From positions 1,888,001-1,952,000 of the forward strand of contig OY970067.1 of assembly GCA_963705305.1 (NCBI GenBank): DNA of 64,000 bases, read 5' to 3'. Position numbers and translations under genes: made by a program. The DNA comes from an uncultured Methylomirabilota bacterium. GTDB taxonomy: Bacteria; Methylomirabilota; Methylomirabilia; Methylomirabilales; 2-02-FULL-66-22. Numbering within the stretch: the first letter of the stretch is position 1; each line of letters begins with the position of its first letter. Below, in pieces: positions 29,410 to 39,115 of this stretch. The notes beneath the pieces were generated by a model. It saw nothing but the letters and a program-made list of their open reading frames with translations. It did no database searches and was not told the origin of the DNA.

Positions 29410-29607
29410 GCGCGGCAGTCCTCGAAGACGCTGTCACAGGTGTTCACCAGGTTGTCCTTGGAAAATCGTCGGGCGCAGAGCTGCGCGAGCCAGTCCTTGA
29501 GGAAGGCGTGCCCGTCCCGGCCGTCGGTCCGCCACTCGGTGATCGAGGGGAGGTGTCAGAGACGCGCCCCGTACCATGCTGCCGCCGCCGACGAACGTGA
29601 TCTTCAT
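29410..29607 (-). pseudogene. Family 4 glycoside hydrolase remnant (internally deleted)
   Basis: Starts MKITFVGGGS (GH4 Rossmann N-terminus), then jumps frame to ITEWRTDGRDGHAFLKDWL, resembling the GH4 mid-region. Confidence 0.55.
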
Positions 29608-30039
29608 CGTGACCTGCGTCCCGTCCGTATGATGGCGAAGCGGCCAACGATTAACCCACGTGCACGGCCAAGTCAAGGGAATTGCTGGCTGACTGACGTG
29701 GTTCCCGAAGCCGCTCGCAGGCCGTTTTGGGTCCCCCAGCACCCGCGCATCCGCAGCGATCAGCCTCCTCCGCTGCCCGCTGGCCTCTCGCCGAGACGAA
29801 AGTGCGCGGCAACCCGCTGGAAGGCTGCGAGCTGCCTCGACTCCGAACCGGAGCCGTATTCCAGTTTATGCGCCATGAGCGAGACGCCCTTCGGCGCTTG
29901 ACTCTGCGACCCTGGCCGTGGTAGCGTCCCTGCCGTTCGACTTCCTGGGCTTTTTCCCGTCACGATTCGGCCGCCCCCGGCCGGTCCCGCCCGATCGGCC
30001 CGCGTCCGAGCGAGGCTGACTTTCCCAACTTCCTCTCCC

Positions 30040-30261
30040 GTTCGCGTGCAGATGCAGACGGAGATGACCGCGCTGCACCAGCGCCTCAAGACAACGATGA
30101 TCTCCGTCACGCACGACCAGATCGAAGCGATGGCGATGCCCGTCAAGATCGTCGTGCTGCGCGGGGGACGCGTCGAGCTCCTCGAACCGCGGGGCGCGAC
30201 GGCCTTCCTGTATTGCACGCTGCCGAGCGGAGAGAAGCTGGCGGCGCGCCCCGAGGCCTGA
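30040..30261 (+). pseudogene. MalK/UgpC sugar ABC ATPase remnant
   Basis: [30 protein letters not shown]…KIVVLRGG joined to a TOBE-like EP.G..FLY segment; Walker A/B absent. Confidence 0.8.
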
Positions 30262-30265
30262 GGCG

Positions 30266-32626
30266 ATGCAGCCTATCGTCGCCGCGTCGTTCGTCGAGCG
30301 CAGCGCGGATGGCGCGCGGTTCGCGCTGCAAGACGGGTGGCAGTGCCGCATCTTTGTTCTCGCGAACGATCTCGTGCGTGTGCTGTTCCTTCCGCCGGAA
30401 GGACTGCGCGAGCCGCGCACGTGGATGGTCGCGCCCAACGGCGGCGACGTGCCTTGGGAGGGGCGCGATCGGCTCGACGTTGCGGCGTTCGAGCGTCCGG
30501 CGTTCGATGTCGAAACCGGCGAGCGCGAGGTCGTCCTGCAAACGCCCGCGTTGCGGGTCGCGGCGCGGCTCGATCCGTTCGGGCTCGAATGGTCGGCGCG
30601 AGGCGCCGGGCGCTTCGCAGCCGATCGCCCTACCTCGGCCTATCAGTGGAGTCCTCAGAGCGGGACGCTGCGCCACTTCATGGTCCGCCAATCCGACGAC
30701 CGCTACTTCGGGCTGGGCGACAAGACCGGCCCGCTCGACAAGCACGGGCGGCGACTTCGCACGCTCGCGCTCGATGCGCTTGGCTACGACGCCGAGACGA
30801 GCGATCCGCTGTACAAGCACTGGCCGTATCTCATCGTGTGCGACGCGACCAGCAACGTGGCGTACGGGCTCTTCTACGACACGCTGTCAAGCGCGACGTT
30901 CGACCTCGGCTGCGAACACGACAACTACCACGGCTTCTACCGCTATTGCGAGATCGAGGACGGCGACCTCGACTACTACGTCTCCGTCGGCCCTGCCGTC
31001 CGCGACGTCGTGCGCAAGTTCGCCGAGCTGACCGGCCGGATGGCGTTCGGCCCCCGCTGGAGCCTGGGCTACGCGAACACGGCCATGAGCCTTACCGACG
31101 CGCCGGATGCGCAGGCGCGACTGTCGGATTTCATCGGCACAGCCTCGCAAAAGGACATCCCGATCAGCGCGTTCCACTTCGGCTCGGGGTACAGCAGCGT
31201 CGGTCCTCGCCGGTACGTCTTCACATGGAACCGCAGCAAGTTTCCGGATCCCCACGCGCTCGTCGGCCAGTTCGAGCGCGCCGGGATCCGGCTCGTCGCG
31301 AACGTCAAGCCCTGCCTGCTCGACGATCATCCCGCATTCGCAGAGGTCGCGGCGCGCAACGCGTTCGTCAACAAGGCGGGAGGCGGCGAGCCTTCGATCA
31401 GCCAGTTCTGGGATGGCCAGGGCGCGCATATCGACTTCACGCATCCCGAGGGGGTCCGGTGGTGGCAGGAGTCGCTCGCGCGCCAGCTGCTCGACTACGG
31501 CATCCTGGGCTGGAACGACAACAACGAGTACGAGATCTGGGACGAGGCGGCCGCGTCGCACGGATTCGGCCGGCCAATACCGATCGCGCGATCGCGCCCG
31601 CTGCAGCCGCTGCTGATGACACGTGCGAGCTACGAGGCGCAGGCGGCGCGCTTCCCGGGCGAGCGCGTCTTCACGGTGACGCGGTCGGGGCCGCCGGGCA
31701 TCCAGCGCTACGCGCAGACATGGTCGGGGGACAATGCGACCTCGTGGCGCACGCTGCGCTGGAACATCCGCATGGGCCTGACGATGGGTCTGTCGGGCAT
31801 GTTCAACGTCGGCCACGACGTCGGCGGCTTCGCCGGCCCCGTTCCCGATCCCGAGCTGCTCGTGCGATGGGTGCAGAGCGCGACGTTCAGCCCCCGCTTC
31901 ATCATGAACTCGTGGAAGGCCGGCGGCGAGGTGAACACGCCGTGGTTGCATGAGAGCGTGACGTCGATCATCCGCGACTGGATTCGGCTGCGCTACCGGC
32001 TGATGCCGTACCTGTACACGCTCTATTGGCGCGCCGCGCAATTCGGCGAGCCGATGCTGCGGCCGCTGTTCTACGAATTCGAGCCCGATGCAAGCGCCTG
32101 GGCCGACAGCGACGACTTCATGCTGGGGCCGAGCCTGCTCGTGGCGTCGGTCGTCGAAGCCGGCCAACGCCAGCGGCGGGTCTATCTGCCACAGGGACCG
32201 GCCGGTTGGTTCGACTTCTGGTCCGGAAACCGTTTCGGCGCCCGCAGGACAGTGCGCGCGCCAGCCCCGCTCGAGCGCATCCCTCTCTTCGTTCCGGCCG
32301 GCGCAATGGTTCCGACAACGGACACAGACGACATGCGCAGGCGGCACGACGAGCCGTCGCGCGCGCTGCGCATCTTCCCCGGGCGCGGCCGTATGACGAC
32401 GACCTTCACGCTGTACGAAGACGACGGGCGTACGCTCGCGTATCGCGACGGCGACTGGGCGCAGGTCGCGTTCGAGATGACGACGGGCGCGACGACGATC
32501 GCGTTGCAGGCGCGCAAGAGCGGCGGCTATCGGCTGCCGTACGAGCGCATCCGCGTCGTACTGCCCGCCGGCGAGCGCAGGAGCGTGCGGCTCGACGGAC
32601 AGGGGGTCGCGCTCGTCGTCGGATGA
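30266..32626 (+). CDS. Glycoside hydrolase family 31 (alpha-glucosidase-like)
   Basis: YFGLGDK, DPLYKHWP, WNDNNE nucleophile, WSGDN acid/base, GHDVGGF, LYEDDG. Confidence 0.93.
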   Translation: MQPIVAASFVERSADGARFALQDGWQCRIFVLANDLVRVLFLPPEGLREPRTWMVAPNGGDVPWEGRDRLDVAAFERPAFDVETGEREVVLQTPALRVAARLDPFGLEWSARGAGRFAADRPTSAYQWSPQSGTLRHFMVRQSDDRYFGLGDKTGPLDKHGRRLRTLALDALGYDAETSDPLYKHWPYLIVCDATSNVAYGLFYDTLSSATFDLGCEHDNYHGFYRYCEIEDGDLDYYVSVGPAVRDVVRKFAELTGRMAFGPRWSLGYANTAMSLTDAPDAQARLSDFIGTASQKDIPISAFHFGSGYSSVGPRRYVFTWNRSKFPDPHALVGQFERAGIRLVANVKPCLLDDHPAFAEVAARNAFVNKAGGGEPSISQFWDGQGAHIDFTHPEGVRWWQESLARQLLDYGILGWNDNNEYEIWDEAAASHGFGRPIPIARSRPLQPLLMTRASYEAQAARFPGERVFTVTRSGPPGIQRYAQTWSGDNATSWRTLRWNIRMGLTMGLSGMFNVGHDVGGFAGPVPDPELLVRWVQSATFSPRFIMNSWKAGGEVNTPWLHESVTSIIRDWIRLRYRLMPYLYTLYWRAAQFGEPMLRPLFYEFEPDASAWADSDDFMLGPSLLVASVVEAGQRQRRVYLPQGPAGWFDFWSGNRFGARRTVRAPAPLERIPLFVPAGAMVPTTDTDDMRRRHDEPSRALRIFPGRGRMTTTFTLYEDDGRTLAYRDGDWAQVAFEMTTGATTIALQARKSGGYRLPYERIRVVLPAGERRSVRLDGQGVALVVG

Positions 32627-32895
32627 ACGGGACGTCGCGGCCGCCGTCGGGCCACATTCCTCGCGCACGACGTGCGCTGGCTGACCGTATTCCGCGCGCG
32701 CCACAAGAGGGCGGCGGCGCCTCCTGGCACGTGCGGCGCTAGCCTTTCGATTGGCCGGCACGTCCCTTCTCCCTCCCCGCGGCGACCCGCCGGTCCCTCG
32801 CTCCGGCCGCGGGAGTGGCCGGATGTCACGCTCCGCCGGCGGCGGGGCGTGCCGCTTACCTGACGGGTGCCCGCCGCCAGCCGAGGAGCTTCCCC

Positions 32896-32924
32896 TTGAC
32901 GGGGCCGTCCACCCGGGGTAGGGT
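32896..32924 (+). promoter_or_regulatory. Candidate sigma70 promoter of the SDR gene
   Basis: TTGACG-17-TAGGGT. Confidence 0.45.
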
Positions 32925-33002
32925 CGGCGCACAGGGATGTCGGAAGCCCGCGCCGGACCGGCGCGGCGCAGCCACACGAGATCCGGCAAGAGGAGGAGCA
33001 TC

Positions 33003-33746
33003 ATGCAGACACGCGTCGCCCTCGTCACGGGCGGCTCACGGGGCATCGGCCGCGCCATCGCGCTGGAGCTGGCCCGCGCCGGGTACGCGGTGGGGGTCAA
33101 CTACGCCAACCGGCAGGATCAGGCGGAGGCGGTCGTCGCCGCGATCGCGACCGGCGGCGGGGAGGCGACTGCGCTCCAGGCGGATGTGGCCGACCCACGG
33201 GCGGTCGAGGCGATGTTCGCCGCGCTCGACCGGCGCTTCGGCCGCCTGGATGCCCTGGTGAACAACGCCGGCATCGGGACCCGGATCGAGTCCCTCACCG
33301 CCATCGACGATGCCACCTGGCGACGCACGCTGGCGGTAAACCTGGACGGGGCCTTCTACTGCCTCCGCGCCGCGGTGCCGCGCCTGCGGGCGGCCGGCGG
33401 GGGTCGGATCGTGAACGTCTCTTCGGGGGCGGCGAAGACGGGAGGGGCGATCGGGGCACACTATGCGGCCAGCAAGGCCGGCCTCCTGGCGTTGACCGCC
33501 AAGGCCGCCCGCGAGCTCGCCCGCGAGGGGATCGCCGTGAACGCCGTCCTGCCCTCGGTGATCGAGACCGAGATGATGGAATCGCTGGCGGCAACCCCCG
33601 CGGCCCGGGAGCGGCTGCAGGCCCAGTTCCCCATCGGCCGCTTCGGCCAGCCGGAGGAGGTGGCGCAGGTGGTGCGCTTCCTCGTGGCCGAGGCGCCGGC
33701 CTACCTGACGGGCGAGTTTCTCAGCCTGCGCGGCGGACGGCTGTAG
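33003..33746 (+). CDS. SDR family oxidoreductase (FabG-like)
   Basis: TGGSRGIG, NNAG, YAASK; GAGGAGG RBS. Confidence 0.92.
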   Translation: MQTRVALVTGGSRGIGRAIALELARAGYAVGVNYANRQDQAEAVVAAIATGGGEATALQADVADPRAVEAMFAALDRRFGRLDALVNNAGIGTRIESLTAIDDATWRRTLAVNLDGAFYCLRAAVPRLRAAGGGRIVNVSSGAAKTGGAIGAHYAASKAGLLALTAKAARELAREGIAVNAVLPSVIETEMMESLAATPAARERLQAQFPIGRFGQPEEVAQVVRFLVAEAPAYLTGEFLSLRGGRL

Positions 33747-33762
33747 CGCCCCCCGCCCGCGC

Positions 33763-35472
33763 TCACGGCAGCAGGCCGGCGGCCTTCATGGCCGTGTAGG
33801 TCAAGTAGCCTCCCGACAGGTTGTGCGCCCGATACCCGCGCTGCGCCAGGAATCGCGTCGCGGAGTAGGCCCGCTGTCCCACCACACAGCAGATCCAAAG
33901 ATCGCGGTCCTTCGGCAGATCGCCATACCGATCGCGAAGCCGGGAGAGCGGCAGGTTGATCGCCCGGGGGATGTGGCCCTCGGCGAACTCGTCGGGCTCC
34001 CGCACATCCAGCACCAGTGCATCCGTGCGGGCGAGCTCCGCCCAGTCGGCGATGGGCATGTCGCCGGTCAGCACATTCGCCGCGAGCATTCCCGCCATGT
34101 TGACCGGATCCTTGGCGGCGCCATACTGCGGCGCATAGCACAGCTCGGCCTCGGCCAGATCGTGGACGGTGCCCCCGAACTGCATGGCCGTCGCGATCAC
34201 GTCGATCCGCCTCTCCACCCCCTCGCGCCCGACCGCCTGCGCACCCAGGATGCGCCCGTCGGGGACCGAGAACACCAGCTTGAGGTGGATGCGGCTGGCC
34301 CCGGGGTAGTAGCTGGCGTGGTGCCACGGGTGCAGGTATACCTTCTGGAAGGCCGTGACCCCCGCCCGCCGCAGGCCCTTCTCGCTGGCGCCGGTGGAGG
34401 CGACGGTCAGGCCCAGCACCCCCACCACGGCGGTGGCCTGCACCCCGCGGAACCGCGTGGCCCGCCCGGCGATCGATTCGGCCGCCACGCGGCCCTGGCG
34501 GTTGGCCGGCCCCGCCAGCGGCAGGACGGTGTCCTGGCCGGTCACCACATCCGGCACCTCGACGGCGTCGCCCACGGCCCAGATATGCCGATCGGAGGTG
34601 CGCATCTGGTCATCAACGGCGATGCCCCCGCGCCGCCCCAGGCGCAGGCCGGCCGCCTCGGCCAGGGCGATCTCGGGCCGGACGCCGATGGCGAGGATGA
34701 CGAGATCGGCGGGCAGCGCTGCCCCGCTCTCGGCGACGACGCGCAGGCCGCCGTCCTCGCGCCGCTCGATGGCGGCCAGCCCGTCGCCCAGCCGGAGCTG
34801 CACGCCCTCCGCCCGGAGGTGCTCCAGGAGGGGCGCGGCCATCTCCGGATCGAGCGGTGGCATCACCTGCGGCAGCTTCTCGAGGACGGTTACGGCCAGC
34901 TTCCGGTGGCGCAGGTTCTCGACCATCTCCAGCCCGATGAAGCCGGCCCCGACGACCACCGCGCTGGCGGCGTTCCGCTCGGCGATCCACGACCGGATGC
35001 GGCGCGAATCGGGGATGCTGCGCACCGCGAAGACGCCGGGCAGGTCCACGCCGGGCAGCGAGGGGCGGATCGGCGCCGCGCCCGGGGCCAGCACCAGCGC
35101 GTCGTAGCGCTCCGTGCGACTGGTGCCGCTCTTTCCATCGCGCACCGTGATGGTGCGCGCCCTGCAGTCGATGCCGGTGACTTCGGTCTCGGTCTGCATC
35201 TGGACGTTGAAGCGGACGCGGAACAGCTCCGGCGAGGCCACCAACAAGGCCTTTTCCTCCGCGATGACATCGCCGACGTAATACGGCAGCCCGCAATTCG
35301 CGAAGGAGACGTACGGACCGCGCTCGAAGACGACGATCTCGGCCGATTCGTCCAGGCGCCGCAGGCGCGCCGCGCATGAGGCGCCTCCCGCGACGCCGCC
35401 GACGATAAGGACGCGACGCGGAGCCGCGGGGTTGCCCGGGCCACCCGGGTGTGGATCGGCGTGCTGGCTCAT
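33763..35472 (-). CDS. CoA-disulfide reductase / NAD(P)H persulfide reductase-like flavoprotein with C-terminal rhodanese domain
   Basis: GGVAGG, SFANCGLPY redox Cys, GAGFIG, YAPQY, LDVREPDEF..GHIP rhodanese. Confidence 0.92.
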   Translation of the reverse strand: MSQHADPHPGGPGNPAAPRRVLIVGGVAGGASCAARLRRLDESAEIVVFERGPYVSFANCGLPYYVGDVIAEEKALLVASPELFRVRFNVQMQTETEVTGIDCRARTITVRDGKSGTSRTERYDALVLAPGAAPIRPSLPGVDLPGVFAVRSIPDSRRIRSWIAERNAASAVVVGAGFIGLEMVENLRHRKLAVTVLEKLPQVMPPLDPEMAAPLLEHLRAEGVQLRLGDGLAAIERREDGGLRVVAESGAALPADLVILAIGVRPEIALAEAAGLRLGRRGGIAVDDQMRTSDRHIWAVGDAVEVPDVVTGQDTVLPLAGPANRQGRVAAESIAGRATRFRGVQATAVVGVLGLTVASTGASEKGLRRAGVTAFQKVYLHPWHHASYYPGASRIHLKLVFSVPDGRILGAQAVGREGVERRIDVIATAMQFGGTVHDLAEAELCYAPQYGAAKDPVNMAGMLAANVLTGDMPIADWAELARTDALVLDVREPDEFAEGHIPRAINLPLSRLRDRYGDLPKDRDLWICCVVGQRAYSATRFLAQRGYRAHNLSGGYLTYTAMKAAGLLP

Positions 35473-35494
35473 GCAGACTCCTCCTGCGTTAGCC

Positions 35495-35605
35495 CCATTC
35501 CGAAAATATCCCACCGCCAAGGCGCCAAGGGAAAAATTCGAATTTCGAAATCGAAAGGGGCTCTCTTGGCGTCATAGCGGGAGAATGGTTCTCTGGGTTC
35601 AAGGT
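35495..35605. repeat. Palindromic intergenic repeat, copy 1 (CCGCCAAGGCGCCAAG…CTTGGCGTCATRGCGG with AATTCGA-type spacer)
   Basis: Closely similar to 48577-48702; arms also present at 54511-54635. Confidence 0.8.
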
Positions 35606-35630
35606 TCGGTGTCGGCTCCCCCTCCCGCTG

Positions 35631-36914
35631 TCAGCGGCCGGCGGGGCGGGGGAGCTCCATGAAGGTGCCCGCGCGGACCGCCGCCACGGCGACCAGCCGC
35701 CGGCCGGTCTTCCGGGTGCGTCCGTCCACGTCGGTCACGGTGAACTCGCCCTCCTCGAGCCGGAGCAGCGTGGCGTCGCCCACCCCGCCGATCTCCAGCC
35801 TCCCGAGCTCGGGGTGGCGGAGATTGGCCGCGGGATTCACGGTCATCCGCGGCAAGCACTCCTCGAAGGGCACGCCGAAGGCCATGAACTGGGTGGCCAC
35901 CATCATCAGGCTGAAATCGGGATCGGCGCCATTGACCCTGGTCAGGTCGGTGCTGAAGCTGTCCGGCAGCAGGCCCCGCTCGACGGCGGCCTGCATCTGG
36001 GGGAAGGCCATGTGGTTCCGACCGCGTGCCGTGTCGAGGCGGACGCCCCGCTCGCGGGCGGCGAAGACCTCAGGAATGATGGAGGCGCCCGGGATGGCCT
36101 GCACGCCCAGGATATTGGACTTGCGGCTGGTCAGGTAGTGGGAGACCACATCGCCGGGGCGGAGGAGATTCAGGATCTGCCCCAGCGGCTCGACCGTGTC
36201 CCCCACGTGGATCATGACGGGAAGCTTGGCCGCGTTGCCCGCCTCCAGGAGGAGCTTCAGGGCCGGCAGGCAGGGACCCCCCCCGGTCACGTAGGTGCTG
36301 AGGCGGGCCTTGAAGCCCACGATGACGTCGGGGTGCTGCTGCGCCAGCGCGACCGCCGCATCGACATCCAGCAGGGGCAGGAACGCCAGCTCGCCCAGGC
36401 GGGTGTCGGTCTGGCCGATGCTGGAGATGTTCAGCCACACCAGGACGCGGGTCTGGCTGGCCGCGATCACCGGCCGGAAGGCGCCGAAACTGGACGCGCC
36501 GCAGGTGCCCCCGTCGGCCACCGTGGTCGCCCCGCGGCGGATGCCGATGGCGTCGGGATTGGCGGCCTCGCCCAGGCCTTCCGCGGCATGGACGTGATCG
36601 TCGATCAAGCCGGGCACCACCAGCGCCCCGCTCGCCGATTCCACCCGGCTCGCCCGCGCCGGGTCGATGGCCGGCTCGATTGCGGCCACCCGGCCTGCCG
36701 CGAAGGCCACATCGAGCCGCCCACGCCGGCCCGAGGCCGGATCGATGAATTCCCCGCCCCTCACCAGCAGGTCGTAGCGGGGCTCCGCCTCGGTCGGGGA
36801 ACCGCCGCGGCCCGTCCGCCTCCCCGTTGCAGATTGGGGGTTTCCCTGTGTGCGTGCGCCCCCCGCCCGGTGGGCGGCAGACCGGCTCGATCCTGGTCGA
36901 TCAGACCTCTTCAT
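35631..36914 (-). CDS. Amidohydrolase / dihydroorotase-like metallohydrolase
   Basis: PGLIDDHVH, GATTVADGG, GFKARL, MIHVG, VSHY, STD; start uncertain. Confidence 0.85.
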   Translation of the reverse strand: MKRSDRPGSSRSAAHRAGGARTQGNPQSATGRRTGRGGSPTEAEPRYDLLVRGGEFIDPASGRRGRLDVAFAAGRVAAIEPAIDPARASRVESASGALVVPGLIDDHVHAAEGLGEAANPDAIGIRRGATTVADGGTCGASSFGAFRPVIAASQTRVLVWLNISSIGQTDTRLGELAFLPLLDVDAAVALAQQHPDVIVGFKARLSTYVTGGGPCLPALKLLLEAGNAAKLPVMIHVGDTVEPLGQILNLLRPGDVVSHYLTSRKSNILGVQAIPGASIIPEVFAARERGVRLDTARGRNHMAFPQMQAAVERGLLPDSFSTDLTRVNGADPDFSLMMVATQFMAFGVPFEECLPRMTVNPAANLRHPELGRLEIGGVGDATLLRLEEGEFTVTDVDGRTRKTGRRLVAVAAVRAGTFMELPRPAGR

Positions 36915-37691
36915 CGAACGTCTCTCCTCTGCAAGGGTCGGACCCGGGGCAGCCGGCCCCGCACGGCGCGCCGCCTCCCGGCGGCGACGCAGGGAACTCC
37001 GCCCACCAGCGGAACATCCACCAGAAAGCGCCGGGGTGTCAAGCCGCACCTCGAGGAAGGTGCTGGAGATCGAACAGGACCGCCCCGCGGAGGGCCGGGG
37101 GCCCGCCCGCCGCCGGCCGCGGCGGGGTGCAACGTTCCGCGAGCGAGATCCGGAGCATTCTCGCATTGACAATCCGGGCGGGTATTGATAGGCATACCGA
37201 CAAACAACGGGCCCCCTGTATGACCTGGGGGACGAATTCTCTGTTCGACCATTCCCCGGACGGCCCCACGGAAGCAGTAGCGAGCAACTCGATTGCGCGT
37301 CATCGGCAGCTTCCGCCATGTTGCTTGACTCGCCGCCGCTCGGCGGCGTCCAGATCTTCGAGAGGGGAAGTCGGGATGCGGCTCCCGGATTCCCCGGCCG
37401 CGCGGATGCCCCCTTCCAGACCGCGCCCGCCCGAACGATTCGCGTGACCCCGCCTCCCGGCCTCGGAATCCAGGACGCCCGCAGCGCCCCGGCCGAGGGG
37501 GCCGCCCGGGATGCGCCTCCAGCCCCCACGCGAGGGGGCGGGGGCCGAGCCTGGCTCATGGCGGAGAGGGGGGCCGGGCGGCCTCCCCCGCCGGGGCGGC
37601 GGGATGAGCTCTCCAACCCTCACACGGCCCGGCAGCCAGTATTCGTCGATCCCGTGCGAGAGTGCGCGGCGCCGGGTATGGAGGCAAGACC

Positions 37692-38999
37692 ATGAGTCTT
37701 CTGGGTATTGCGATTCTGGGGCTTTGGCTCGTCGCCTGCATCTTGCTGATGCGCGGCTACCCCATGGTCCCGGTGCTGATCGGATTGGCGATTATCTGGG
37801 GGCTGATGGCGGGGGCCGGCCACAAGGTGCTCACCGATGTGATTGAGGGCGGGATCTTCAGCTTCGCCACCACCACCATGGTGATCATCATGGGGGCGTG
37901 GATGGCGGAGTGCCTCATGCAGACCGGCATCGCCGAGACCCTGATCCGGAACGCGGCGGAGCTGGCCGGAGACCGCCCCCTCGCCGTGGCCATCACCATG
38001 GTGTGTGTGATCACCTTCCTGTTCACCTCGATGTACGGCGTGGGGGCCGCGGTCATGGTGGGCGTGATCGTCTTTCCCATCATGCTCAACCTGGGGATCC
38101 CGTCGGAGGTCGCCGCCCCGCTCTTCACCTTCTCGATCATCGCCGGCATCCAGCTCAGCCTCGTGGAGTGGGGCATCTGGAAGGCGCTGTTCAAGATCCC
38201 CCAGGACTTCAACGCCTTCTTTACCCTGTCCATGGTGCAGCTGTTCATCTGGGCGGCGCTGGCCATCGTCATGGCCATCGTGAGGATCCGTGCCACAGGC
38301 CCGGTGCGCGCCCACGCGGTGAACACCTCCAGCGGATACGGCCACGGGAGCGCCGACGAGGCGAAATCCGGTGTGGCGCGCAAGGCGCCCTGGTTCGCCC
38401 TGCTGACCCCGATCGTGCCGGTCGCCGTGGTGATGATCTTCAAGTGGCCGCTGGTGCCGGCCTTTCTCCTGGGCGTGGTCGTGGCGCTCCTGGCCACCAT
38501 CCATCATCGCCCCTTCCGCCAGAGCGTGGATCTGCTCCAGCGGGCCCTCTATGACGGCTTCCGCAGCATGGCACCGGTGTGCGCCGTCTGGATGATCATC
38601 GGCGCGATCATCAAAGCCTCCTCGCTCCCCGAGGTGCAGGCCCCATTGAAGAGCCTGCTGGGCGGGCTGCTGCCAAGCACCCCCTGGACCATCGTGGCGT
38701 TCCTGGGCATCTTCGCCCCGCTGGCCATCTACCGGGGCCCGGTCTGCCTGGCCGGCGTCGGCTCGGCCCTCGTGCCCCTGTTCTTGGGTATGAAGACGGT
38801 CAGCCCCGGCTTCCTCTTCGGGGCCTGGAAAGGGACCAACTACGTCCATGGGTCGACGGATCCGATCAACTCCTGGGTCCTCTGGACCCTCGGCTACCTC
38901 AACGTCCCCGGGGTCGTCCACATCAAGAAGACCCTCCCCTTCTCCTGGGTGGCGGCGATCCTCTCGGCCATCGCCGCTGTGCTGATCCTCCACTCCTGA
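37692..38999 (+). CDS. Secondary transporter (ion transporter superfamily, GntP/CitM-like)
   Basis: About 11-12 TM helices; TGIAETLIRNAAELAGDRP; GGAGG RBS. Confidence 0.8.
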   Translation: MSLLGIAILGLWLVACILLMRGYPMVPVLIGLAIIWGLMAGAGHKVLTDVIEGGIFSFATTTMVIIMGAWMAECLMQTGIAETLIRNAAELAGDRPLAVAITMVCVITFLFTSMYGVGAAVMVGVIVFPIMLNLGIPSEVAAPLFTFSIIAGIQLSLVEWGIWKALFKIPQDFNAFFTLSMVQLFIWAALAIVMAIVRIRATGPVRAHAVNTSSGYGHGSADEAKSGVARKAPWFALLTPIVPVAVVMIFKWPLVPAFLLGVVVALLATIHHRPFRQSVDLLQRALYDGFRSMAPVCAVWMIIGAIIKASSLPEVQAPLKSLLGGLLPSTPWTIVAFLGIFAPLAIYRGPVCLAGVGSALVPLFLGMKTVSPGFLFGAWKGTNYVHGSTDPINSWVLWTLGYLNVPGVVHIKKTLPFSWVAAILSAIAAVLILHS

Positions 39000-39115
39000 C
39001 GAAGCGGGCCGCCGCCGGCCGGGAGCTGCCTCCCATCTCGCGGGGGGCTCCCGGGCGCCGGCGGAAACCAGGCAGAACGCCCCCGGGCGCCCGGGGGGCT
39101 CCGGAGGGACGTCGG

